DNA of 34,299 nt from Sumerlaeia bacterium. GTDB lineage: Bacteria; Sumerlaeota; Sumerlaeia; SLMS01; JAHLLQ01. How positions within the stretch are numbered: the stretch's first letter is position 1; the number at the start of each line of letters is the position of its first letter. The notes below the pieces were generated by a model. That model saw only the letters and a program-made list of their open reading frames with translations, did not search any database and was not told the DNA's origin. The stretch lies in the NCBI GenBank assembly GCA_040219255.1, contig JAVJSW010000048.1:1-34299 (forward strand). Reading direction: 5' to 3'. Of this stretch, positions 8,970 to 16,685 are shown piece by piece. The position numbers and the translations under genes were made by a program.

Positions 8970-11174
8970 TTATTCGAGTTGTGACCTCAGGTGGGCGATT
9001 TCGGTGCTGAGTTGGCTGATGAGGGCGTCTTTGTCGGCGTTTTGCTGGAGAAGGCGGCCCAGTTGGTCGGCCAGGCGCCCTTGGTTTTCGAGGGCCTGGC
9101 GGTCGCGCTCTTCGCGCTCCGCTTCGCGGCGCTTCATGGACTCGAGGTGCTGGCGCTCTTGTTCGTGGAGGGGCGGGACACCGTCGAGGACGTCGGAGAC
9201 GCACTGACGCAGGAAAGCGGCGTCCTGATCGCCGTAATGGCGGTCGCTGCCTTTGTCGATGTGGTGCGTCAGGTACCAGGTCTTGAGTTTGCCGCCGGGC
9301 ATGTGGCGAGCGAGGAACTCGCCCATGACGTGGCGGTGGTCGTAGGGTTTCAGCACGGGCAGGGTCTGGTCGGTCTTGCCCCTGGTGTAGGCGGCGATGC
9401 GGGGATAGGCGTCGCGGAAGCTGGTCATGAAGGCATCGTCGCGCAGGTTCTTGAAAGGTTCTCCCGTCATGGTCAGGAAGAGGCAGTTTGTCCGCTTGGC
9501 GAGGACGGCTTCGGCGAAGTGCCAGCTTTCCAGGTATTCCCGCATCGCCCGCGCGGTTTCGGGCCGTATGACGAAAAACCGGTAGGGCTTTACGCAAGGC
9601 CTGCGTTCAGAGAGAATCAGGGCTTTCTTGTGCTGCTTCATGTCCCTGCGCGGAATCGCAAGCTGATAGCAGGCGTTCTCGCCGGGGAAGATCGATGGCC
9701 AGAGGACCTCGTCCGGTTCATGGTCGAAGTATCGCAGGAGCGAAACAGCGCCTGGACGAAGGCCGGTTTCAAGGCGCAGAGAAAGGTGAACCTGGTATCC
9801 CTTCGCGGGCAGATAGTGGCCCGATGAGCGGGTCTCGTTTAGCCGGGGATAGTGATCGGCGTAGTGGCCCAGAGCCTCGCCGATCTCGAGGAACATCGCG
9901 GGCGATCCCAGCCGCTTGACCGCTTCCCGGCCTCGGTCGCTTTCGTTCGGTGATGGAAGCGTCATCTCCGTCTCGGCCAATTCCTTCAGGGCCTCCGTGT
10001 CGTGCTCGAAGTAATAGCGAGCGGTGTAGAAGAGTTCGCCGTAAGTTTCGCTGTCGCAGTTGCTCACCCGGCGCTCTTTGCCCGCGACGCCAAGCAGCCA
10101 AGTTCTGATCTTTTCCGGCTCGAGTAGGCTCTCCAGCGACGGCGCCAGCGCTCCTTTTTCCCGCCACCACCAGACGTAACGGCGAAGGTGATAACCGCGC
10201 TGCTTCAGGCTCTTGGTCACCTTCAGGTTCTTCTTCGGGCAGACGTTGCCTGCCGCGTTGCGAACCTGGCCTGGAGGCAGATGGCGGTTGAAAAACCCGT
10301 GCAGACCTGACTCCAGCGACACTTTCCCTGGATCGGACTTCGCTGGCTGGAAGTGCTCGGGCCAGAGGGCGATCAGTTCTTGCTCGGTCAGGCATTGAGG
10401 CGCCTTGGGCTGGTGTCCTTGCGTGTAAACCGGGGTCAGTTGGCTCAGGAGTTCCTCGCCGATCCCAGGCAGATGACCGCGCTCGGCCGCTTCTTTGAGT
10501 TGCGCGACCATGCGATTCCACAGTTGGCGCCCGGCGGTGTTCGCCGCTTGGTCGCGGTAGCTCCTGGAGGCCTCCGCGATCGAATCAGCGGTGGCTTGCT
10601 TGGGATCGGAGACGACATGCAGCCGGTGAACCCGGACGATCTTGCGGTAAAGCTGCATCCCCTTCTTGTAGCGATGGTTGCGGCTGCTGATGGCTGGGGG
10701 CCAGCCGTCCTCGGTTCCAGGGTCGTAGGGCTGTTCTTGTTGGGCAAGTGCGCTGGCAAAGTGCAGGAACCGGCGCACCGATTCCGCGACGTTATTGGCC
10801 CCTCGCCGCGCGCCTTTGTCGAGATGTCGAGTGCCTTGACCTTCCAGCGCATCTGGCCATGCGAGACCATGCGTGGCGCAAAGATAGTGGGCTCGGGCGC
10901 GCTGCGCCGTTTCCTCGATGGGAAGGCGTGTGGCGCCGCTGAGCGGGATGGTTTTGAGCCAGTGCTCATGGGAAGCTGGCTTGCCCCCTTGCGGCCCATC
11001 GGGCCAGCCCATCGCGTAGGCGAGCCACTTGCGGGCGCGGCTTGCGTGGGGACGCGTGTAGAGGTATTTGGCGAGGTGAGACGCATTCTCCGGGATGCAG
11101 CTTTGCTCTTCCCAGTACGTGGCGAGCGCTTCCAGGGGAAGGAAGACTATGCATTGTTGTTCTTTTTGGGCCAT
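8970..11174 (-). CDS. Highly divergent tyrosine recombinase/integrase-like protein with a C-terminal coiled coil
   Basis: Catalytic motifs in the expected order: LETGLRPG (R), DMKQHK (K), LKPYDHRH (HxxR box with Y at the first H), YLTHH (LGH-like) and SDRHYG (Y nucleophile). AAGGAGG SD. Excisionase-like gene upstream. Confidence 0.7.
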   Translation of the reverse strand: MAQKEQQCIVFLPLEALATYWEEQSCIPENASHLAKYLYTRPHASRARKWLAYAMGWPDGPQGGKPASHEHWLKTIPLSGATRLPIEETAQRARAHYLCATHGLAWPDALEGQGTRHLDKGARRGANNVAESVRRFLHFASALAQQEQPYDPGTEDGWPPAISSRNHRYKKGMQLYRKIVRVHRLHVVSDPKQATADSIAEASRSYRDQAANTAGRQLWNRMVAQLKEAAERGHLPGIGEELLSQLTPVYTQGHQPKAPQCLTEQELIALWPEHFQPAKSDPGKVSLESGLHGFFNRHLPPGQVRNAAGNVCPKKNLKVTKSLKQRGYHLRRYVWWWREKGALAPSLESLLEPEKIRTWLLGVAGKERRVSNCDSETYGELFYTARYYFEHDTEALKELAETEMTLPSPNESDRGREAVKRLGSPAMFLEIGEALGHYADHYPRLNETRSSGHYLPAKGYQVHLSLRLETGLRPGAVSLLRYFDHEPDEVLWPSIFPGENACYQLAIPRRDMKQHKKALILSERRPCVKPYRFFVIRPETARAMREYLESWHFAEAVLAKRTNCLFLTMTGEPFKNLRDDAFMTSFRDAYPRIAAYTRGKTDQTLPVLKPYDHRHVMGEFLARHMPGGKLKTWYLTHHIDKGSDRHYGDQDAAFLRQCVSDVLDGVPPLHEQERQHLESMKRREAEREERDRQALENQGRLADQLGRLLQQNADKDALISQLSTEIAHLRSQLE

Positions 11175-11274
11175 GATTGGCCTCCTTTTCTTCGATTTCG
11201 TCGTAAGTCCACTTAGGACGACTTCTGTGTGGTCGAATATTCTGCGGTTTTCAGATTAAAGAACTTGGGCTCAC

Positions 11275-11380
11275 AGCCACACGGCCGCGCCCACGCTTCG
11301 TCGATGGCCACCCTTCGCCACTTTACGCGACGAAGTGGCACTTTTGTGGTCACCCTGGCGGTGGGCGCGCCTGTGTGGTT
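11275..11380 (+). other. Long nested imperfect hairpin between xis and the recombinase
   Basis: Arms 11275-11294/11361-11380, 11305-11311/11346-11352 and 11317-11323/11333-11339. Three of four non-Watson-Crick positions are G-T/U on the + strand. Confidence 0.6.
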
Positions 11381-11412
11381 TGATCGGTGGTCTTATACCG
11401 TTGAAATTCCAT
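11350..11412 (-). CDS. Putative 20-aa leader peptide MEFQRYKTTDQTTQARPPPG
   Basis: Strong SD AGGAGGT, then AATCA, ATG at 11412 and TGA at 11352-11350. Overlaps one arm of the hairpin. Confidence 0.45.
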   Translation of the reverse strand: MEFQRYKTTDQTTQARPPPG

Positions 11413-11438
11413 TGATTACCTCCTGTCTCTTATCGGAT

Positions 11439-11765
11439 TTAGGCGGATCGGCCGGGAGAAGCTTGTTCGTCGTCAAGGCGGCCACACGCCCCCTGGCCGC
11501 GGCTTTCTTGTTCGCGTCGAGCGCGGATCAGGAGACGGGCTTCGTACTCCTCAAGCCAGTCCTCGCGAACGCGCCATTCGCCATTGTCGAGGCGGATGGC
11601 CTGGAGCTTTCCCTCGCGGATGAGGTTGCGTACGGGACGCGCGAGGCGCTCGTTCTCCGGAACCGGGCCCTTCGCGCCAGCGCGGGGCGAACGGCGGCGA
11701 TTGCCCAGGCCGAGACGGCGCGCGACTTCGTCGCAGGTCATGTAGGTGGGATGTTGATTTCTCAT
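11439..11765 (-). CDS. Excisionase-like (HTH_17/MerR-type) DNA-binding protein
   Basis: YMTCDEVARRLGL...VRNLIREGKLQAIRL.NGEWRVREDWLEEY is the Xis pattern, with an insertion of about 20 aa inside the HTH. Likely start MRNQHP at 11765. Confidence 0.8.
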   Translation of the reverse strand: MRNQHPTYMTCDEVARRLGLGNRRRSPRAGAKGPVPENERLARPVRNLIREGKLQAIRLDNGEWRVREDWLEEYEARLLIRARREQESRGQGACGRLDDEQASPGRSA

Positions 11766-11915
11766 TTCCGGGATTCCTTTCGACTTGTTGTCGAAGGTAT
11801 CTAGGAAAGCTGGATGGAAAAACGCGCGGGACCCCCCAAGCAGGGCGCTCAGCAGTGGGCGTTTCACTCTTGTGATCAGGTTTGCCGGGCATCGGCGAGG
11901 GGGCTGGAGGCCGGT

Positions 11916-13067
11916 CTATCCCGCGGAGAAAGCCGCCAAGTGCTGGGCAACCGCGGTGGCGATGTCTTCGACGTCGTGCTGCCAAAGCGCGAGGACGTCG
12001 CGGTCTTCAAGCATCGTGTAGATGAGGTCGAGCGCGTGGCCAGGGTCGATGTTGTCGGGGATTTGGGCGGTCTGAAACAAGTCGTCGGCGATGGCCTGGC
12101 GGACGAAGCCCTCGGGGTCGGCGAGCACTTGGCCGTGACGATCCTTGAGAAGACGGTGGGCGACCTCGCCTTCGATCCACCGCAACTGGCGCCGCTCGTC
12201 GAACCAGGCGACGTCGCGGCTGGTGACGAAGAGCTCGCCCGGATCGGGTTCGCGGATGGTCTCGCGTTCGGGATCGGGGCGGGCGCCGTTCGCCCAACGG
12301 GGCGAAGCGAGGACGAGACGCTGGCGGTTGACGTGCCCGGCGGATTCGTCGTCTTCGACGAGAGCTTCATGAATGACCATGCAGCACGAAGAAGGGCGTT
12401 CCTCTTCCTCATCGTCGAACATGATCTCGTGGATGACCCAGCGGTCGGGCGTTTGGCTGATGCGGGATTGATGAGTTTGAACCACACCGGCGAAAGCCTC
12501 GTCGAGGTGGCGCCAGGTCCAGTCGCGCGGAGGAACGCGCCAAACGTCTTCAACGAACATCTCGACGAGAGTGCGGATCGTGGGGCCATTCCAGCCATCG
12601 CCGAGGGCCTGGTCGCGGGCGTAATGGCGCAGACGCCGGCGCAGGTCGCGATCGAGGTCCGGGCCGATGATGGCGCCATGGTGATGGAGGTAGAAGCCGC
12701 GGAGAACTTCGCTCTCGAGGGCGAAGAGGCGCCGCTCGTCAACGTAGAGAACCTGGTCCTGAGCGGTGACGAAGATCTCGCCTCGGGCACGTCGCGGAGG
12801 CGGCGTGGCGTGTGACGCCCTTTCTTCTTCGCCCGGATCGGCAGGGGTCAGAGAAAGCGGCGCAACGATCAGGTGATCGACTTCGCACCGGGCGCCCTCG
12901 CAACGCGGGTGGGCCAGGAAGACGTGGGCGCTCGGGCCGATGGTCTCTTGCACCTGCGCCGTCAAAAGCTCGGCGCACGCCAGAAAGGCGTCCTCGGACG
13001 CCTGTCCTCTTGCTGTCAAGACATGGGAGGCCAGGTAGCAATGGGGCGGCCGGTTATCGCGACTCAT
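11916..13067 (-). CDS. Hypothetical protein with a NERD-like N-terminal motif and an internal duplication
   Basis: Overlaps the end of the RadA-like gene. N-terminal SEDAF...CEVDHLIVAP resembles the NERD EIDHL motif. Two copies of GE(I/L)FVT...DERR...E.EV...HG. Confidence 0.65.
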   Translation of the reverse strand: MSRDNRPPHCYLASHVLTARGQASEDAFLACAELLTAQVQETIGPSAHVFLAHPRCEGARCEVDHLIVAPLSLTPADPGEEERASHATPPPRRARGEIFVTAQDQVLYVDERRLFALESEVLRGFYLHHHGAIIGPDLDRDLRRRLRHYARDQALGDGWNGPTIRTLVEMFVEDVWRVPPRDWTWRHLDEAFAGVVQTHQSRISQTPDRWVIHEIMFDDEEEERPSSCCMVIHEALVEDDESAGHVNRQRLVLASPRWANGARPDPERETIREPDPGELFVTSRDVAWFDERRQLRWIEGEVAHRLLKDRHGQVLADPEGFVRQAIADDLFQTAQIPDNIDPGHALDLIYTMLEDRDVLALWQHDVEDIATAVAQHLAAFSAG

Positions 13068-14343
13068 CGTCGGAAGTCTTCAACGAGGCGGCGAGGTCGG
13101 CGAGGGTGCGGATCGGTGTGCTGGGGAGGGCGCTCGCGCATTCGTCGTTAGGGGCGGAGATTAGGTATCTCACGAGCCCCAAGCTGCCGGTTGCCTGGGC
13201 GGATTCGAGGTGATCGAGCGCCTGCTGCGACGGGGTCTGGACCCGGCCTTCGAGGTCCAAGTCGCCGACGAAGAGAGCTCCGCGATCAGGCGCTTTGCGC
13301 AGGAGCGCGCCCATCAGCGCGGCCGCGATCGCCAGGTTGTGTTCGCGGCCGTGGCGCACGCCGTCGGGAGCGCGAACGGTCACGCCAAGAGCCCACAGGA
13401 AGCGGGCGTCGGGCAGCGTCCGTTCGAGCAGATCGACGACGGTTTCCGTCTCCTGGAGCGAGAAGCCGGGGGCCTTGATAAACCCCCGGTCCGCCCGCGC
13501 CGGGACGATGGCGGCCTCGATGGCGAAGGGGCCTCCCGGTCCGATGGTGAAGGCCCGCGCCGTGGACGATGCCCCGAGGGGCGAGGGTTCGAGGCGCGAC
13601 GATTCGTCGTCGATGACGAGCGCCAGCGGATCGAGCCGCGCCGCCCCAAAGCGGTTCTTTGGCACCGTGAACGACCGGCAGCGTACGCCGTGGCGCAGCA
13701 GCAGCGTGGCATCGCACGTGTGCTCCAGCGTCCGCGGCCCCGCGATGGCGCGGCACTTCGTCATGTGCGCCAGGGCGAGGACCGTAATCCCGGCCCCAGC
13801 GGCCTGCTTCAACGCTTCGTAGATCGCCCGCCACGTTCCATGGCTGTTCGACGAAAGGCCGTGGCCCTGGAGCGAATCGACGACGATGAGCCGTGTCCCG
13901 GCAAGCCGGCCACCGGGCGCGAGGACCTGATGCGACAGGAGTTGGGGCAACGCCGCGATGTCGTACAGGTCGTCCTTGAACGTCAGGTAATGACGCGCCC
14001 GGGTCGCCGGACAGAGTTGCGCAAAGCGGCTTTCGAGGGCTGCGACGCCTTGCTCCGTCGAAAGGTAGAGGACGCGCTCGCCCGCCGTGGCGGCAGCGCC
14101 CGCCAACTGCAGCGCCAGGGTGGACTTGCCCACGCCGGGATCGCCCGACAACAGCAGCGCTCCGCCCGCGGGCAGGGGCCCAAAGGCACCGGAGAACCAC
14201 TCCATCCCTCGCGAGAGGCGAATGGTTTCCGTGACGCCTTCAGAACAGGTATCCGTCATATCTTCTGGCGCATTGAGATACGCCAGCATCCGTTCGCGCC
14301 GGCCAGGAATGCGGCGCGGGGCGAGACCGTTGGTCGATATCAT
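13054..14343 (-). CDS. RadA/Sms-family ATPase lacking the N-terminal C4 zinc finger
   Basis: Walker A GDPGVGKSTL, YLSTEQ, Walker B IVVDSLQ, AHMTK..AIAGPRTLEHTCD, the RadA signature KNRFG, and a Lon-like C-domain (NLAIAAAL, FVGDLDLEGRV). Start at 14343 by ATGA coupling. Confidence 0.85.
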   Translation of the reverse strand: MISTNGLAPRRIPGRRERMLAYLNAPEDMTDTCSEGVTETIRLSRGMEWFSGAFGPLPAGGALLLSGDPGVGKSTLALQLAGAAATAGERVLYLSTEQGVAALESRFAQLCPATRARHYLTFKDDLYDIAALPQLLSHQVLAPGGRLAGTRLIVVDSLQGHGLSSNSHGTWRAIYEALKQAAGAGITVLALAHMTKCRAIAGPRTLEHTCDATLLLRHGVRCRSFTVPKNRFGAARLDPLALVIDDESSRLEPSPLGASSTARAFTIGPGGPFAIEAAIVPARADRGFIKAPGFSLQETETVVDLLERTLPDARFLWALGVTVRAPDGVRHGREHNLAIAAALMGALLRKAPDRGALFVGDLDLEGRVQTPSQQALDHLESAQATGSLGLVRYLISAPNDECASALPSTPIRTLADLAASLKTSDDESR

Positions 14344-14711
14344 TGCGCCACCTCCAGATCGGCGAACTCCGCCTCGAGGTTCCAGGGCCGCATCGGATTG
14401 GCCATCCACTTCTCGACCTGGCGCGGGTCCTGATCGCGGCGCACCACCTCGACACGGCCATCGAAGAACACCGCATAGGTCGCGCTCGGCCGCGCCTCGG
14501 GATAGAGCGCGAACTGAGGGACGCTCGCCCCCAGCCTCACGAACGGAGCGCGCCGCGCCGGCGGCGTCTCCAGGTACTCGCGCAGGCGCCGGAGTTGGCG
14601 GTGAGTGGTCAGGTGCATGATCCCCGGAATCTCGCGCAAAGACGCCGGTACAGCCGTCAAACGAGCGGGACCAGGCTTGCGGCGGGGTTGGGGTTGGGTG
14701 GGTTGAGACAT
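14340..14711 (-). CDS. Hypothetical protein (123 aa), first gene of the leftward operon
   Basis: ATG at 14711 (MSQPTQPQPRRK) preceded by AGGAGG. Its stop overlaps the RadA-like start. Confidence 0.7.
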   Translation of the reverse strand: MSQPTQPQPRRKPGPARLTAVPASLREIPGIMHLTTHRQLRRLREYLETPPARRAPFVRLGASVPQFALYPEARPSATYAVFFDGRVEVVRRDQDPRQVEKWMANPMRPWNLEAEFADLEVAQ

Positions 14712-14743
14712 GGGTTTGTCCTCCTGAATAATGAAGGCAGTAA

Positions 14744-14790
14744 ATTCGCCATCGCGAATGTACGCAACCCAAAAATTCGCATTCGCGAAT
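14744..14790. promoter_or_regulatory. Twin palindromic operators ATTCGC-N4-GCGAAT
   Basis: ATTCGC-CATC-GCGAAT at 14744-14759 and ATTCGC-ATTC-GCGAAT at 14775-14790, 31 bp apart, in the gap between the divergent genes. Confidence 0.7.
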
Positions 14791-14857
14791 AAAAATCGCG
14801 GCGTGTTCGTGTTTGCATTCACATCGGAAAAAGGCTTCTTCTGTTGGACACTGACCT

Positions 14858-15208
14858 ATGAGCGATTTCGTGCTGACAAATTTCGAGTTCGATCCCGATC
14901 ATTTTTGTGCTACATTGCGGGCGAGACGCAAAGAGCTAGGCCTTTCGATGTCTCAGTTAGCGGATCAAGCGGGGGTTGCGCCGGCGACGGTGCATAAGCT
15001 GGAGTCGGGAGGCTTGACGATTCACTTGGATAAGTTTTTGAAGGTTGTGGATGTGCTCGGCTTAGCGTTGTCGGATTTAGTGCCTCCGTGCGGGATTCGG
15101 CCGACCGATCCGCGCGTTTTGCAATTGGGGCGGTTAGTCGAGGCGCGGGCGCCAATGCCTGAGATTCTGCGACTCTTGGCGGAGTTGATGGACCGTGAAG
15201 ATGGATGA
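14858..15208 (+). CDS. XRE-family HTH transcriptional regulator
   Basis: LRARRKELGLSMSQLADQAGVAPATVHKLESG...LDKFLKVVDVLG is a Cro/C1-type HTH. Divergent from the operon. Confidence 0.9.
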   Translation: MSDFVLTNFEFDPDHFCATLRARRKELGLSMSQLADQAGVAPATVHKLESGGLTIHLDKFLKVVDVLGLALSDLVPPCGIRPTDPRVLQLGRLVEARAPMPEILRLLAELMDREDG

Positions 15209-15363
15209 GCAATAACCCAACTGCGATACCTATGCCCAGCTTCTCTTTGAAATAGTTCGACTTACGGGTTTTGGACCCTCGAAGGCGGGACGACATTTTG
15301 GAATCGTTTGGGCAGGCAAGAGCGGGCTCTTCCCGGTGGCGCCTCACGGCGCTGAAGAGCGGG

Positions 15364-16203
15364 TCAGAAGCTCGGCTGGCTTGGAAGAGGCTGAGTGCCC
15401 CGGCACTTTGGAAATCTCGTGCAGCCGAGGAATCGTTCGCCTGGATTGGGACCGCGCCGGGCGGTTCGGACCGTCATCGGGGCGCCGCATCGCTGGCAAT
15501 TGGGAAGCGGGGGAACCTCTGGCTCCTTAGTCGGCGATGGCGCCGTCGGCGGCCTGGCTGGGGACGGTCGTTGAACGGACTTCACGAACTCTGCCAGCGC
15601 GTTCCCGTTCATCAGCCGGATCGGTTTTCCGGCGGCGAACTCCCGCGCCGGGCCGGTGAACTCTCCGGTTGTGACGATCACAGCGCCCGAGGCGCTCCCG
15701 GCCGCCAGGAGGCCGTACATCTCGCGCACGACCGGCGCCCCCACCTTCCAGGTTCGCCAGCGTTTGCACTGAACAAGCAGGACTTCGCCCTCGCGCCGTG
15801 CCAGCAGGTCGATGCCGCCATCACCACCGGCGCTGCCTCGTTCCTCTACCAGATAGCCGTCGCGCCGGTAGGCCTCTCCCACCAGGTGCTCGAATTCGAG
15901 CCAAGTGAGGGCGCGGATCGAAGCGATCCCATCCTGCCGGTCCAGGAGCCGCCGGCGCTGCGCTCTTTGGAGAAGGGAGGCCAGCCAGATCAGCGCGATG
16001 AAGATGGCCACATAGGGGGCGAAAGCAGGCAGCAGCTTGGCGAACACGATCGCGACAAGGTCTTGCTGGCCGGCGAGAGCGCTGCCCACGCCGTGAAGGA
16101 CGGCCCACGCAAAGCCCGCTACGGGAGGTCCCACCCACCAGGGCAGAAGCACGAAGAATTCGAGCAGCTCGTCGAAGGACACGCTTTGAGAACGCCGGCC
16201 GAT
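15364..16203 (-). CDS. Membrane-anchored Mrr-family restriction endonuclease with a C-terminal topoisomerase-type C4 zinc ribbon
   Basis: Two N-terminal hydrophobic helices, the Mrr catalytic motif FEHLVGEAYRRDGY..GGDGGIDL..LVQCKRW, and CQRCGAPM..R..FLGCTRFPKC. Start is GTG at 16182 or an SD-positioned ATC at 16203. Confidence 0.85.
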   Translation of the reverse strand: MGRRSQSVSFDELLEFFVLLPWWVGPPVAGFAWAVLHGVGSALAGQQDLVAIVFAKLLPAFAPYVAIFIALIWLASLLQRAQRRRLLDRQDGIASIRALTWLEFEHLVGEAYRRDGYLVEERGSAGGDGGIDLLARREGEVLLVQCKRWRTWKVGAPVVREMYGLLAAGSASGAVIVTTGEFTGPAREFAAGKPIRLMNGNALAEFVKSVQRPSPARPPTAPSPTKEPEVPPLPNCQRCGAPMTVRTARRGPNPGERFLGCTRFPKCRGTQPLPSQPSF

Positions 16204-16289
16204 GGGTGTGGTCTCCTGGCGAGGATAAGGGAGCTATGGGCGCGAAACGGGCCTTCAGCGGCAAGAGCAATGGGCGCCCGAAGCCTGGA

Positions 16290-16470
16290 TCAGCGCTCCT
16301 CCAGCCAATGGCCGACCTCCTCGAGGGCGAACCAGGCCAGCAGGCGCTTGAAGCCGTCCGCGCCGTGTGGAGTAGTGTGGGGCCGCTTCTCGGATTTGCT
16401 CGTCGTCCAGGCCGCTGTGGAGTTTGATCACTTCGTAAAGCTCCTCGCAGGTGTCTTCTGTCCGTATCAT
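16290..16470 (-). pseudogene. Frameshifted remnant of a small mobile-element/phage-type protein
   Basis: MIRTEDTCEELYEVIKLHSGLDDEQIREAA continues in another frame as HGADGFKRLLAWFALEEVGHWLEER*. Confidence 0.45.
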
Positions 16471-16685
16471 CGGGGTCTCTCCTCTTTTTTTCGTTGAACA
16501 CGGCGCCTCCACAGTCCCGGGACCGGGCGCGATCAAGTGCTCTTCTCGGGAGACCCCGGCCCAGCCGGGGCGGAAGGCGCTTGAGCGAAGAAGGCCGGCG
16601 CGGGCCTAAGCCATGGGATCGTTCAACGGGGAAGGGAGAGAGCCGTAGCCGGGTTCGGAAGAGGCCCAGAGGGGAATGGGGCGAT

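Noticed and set aside
8970-11174. Protelomerase of a linear plasmid
   Set aside because: No long perfect telRL-like palindrome nearby, and the adjacent xis favours an integrase. Not fully excluded.
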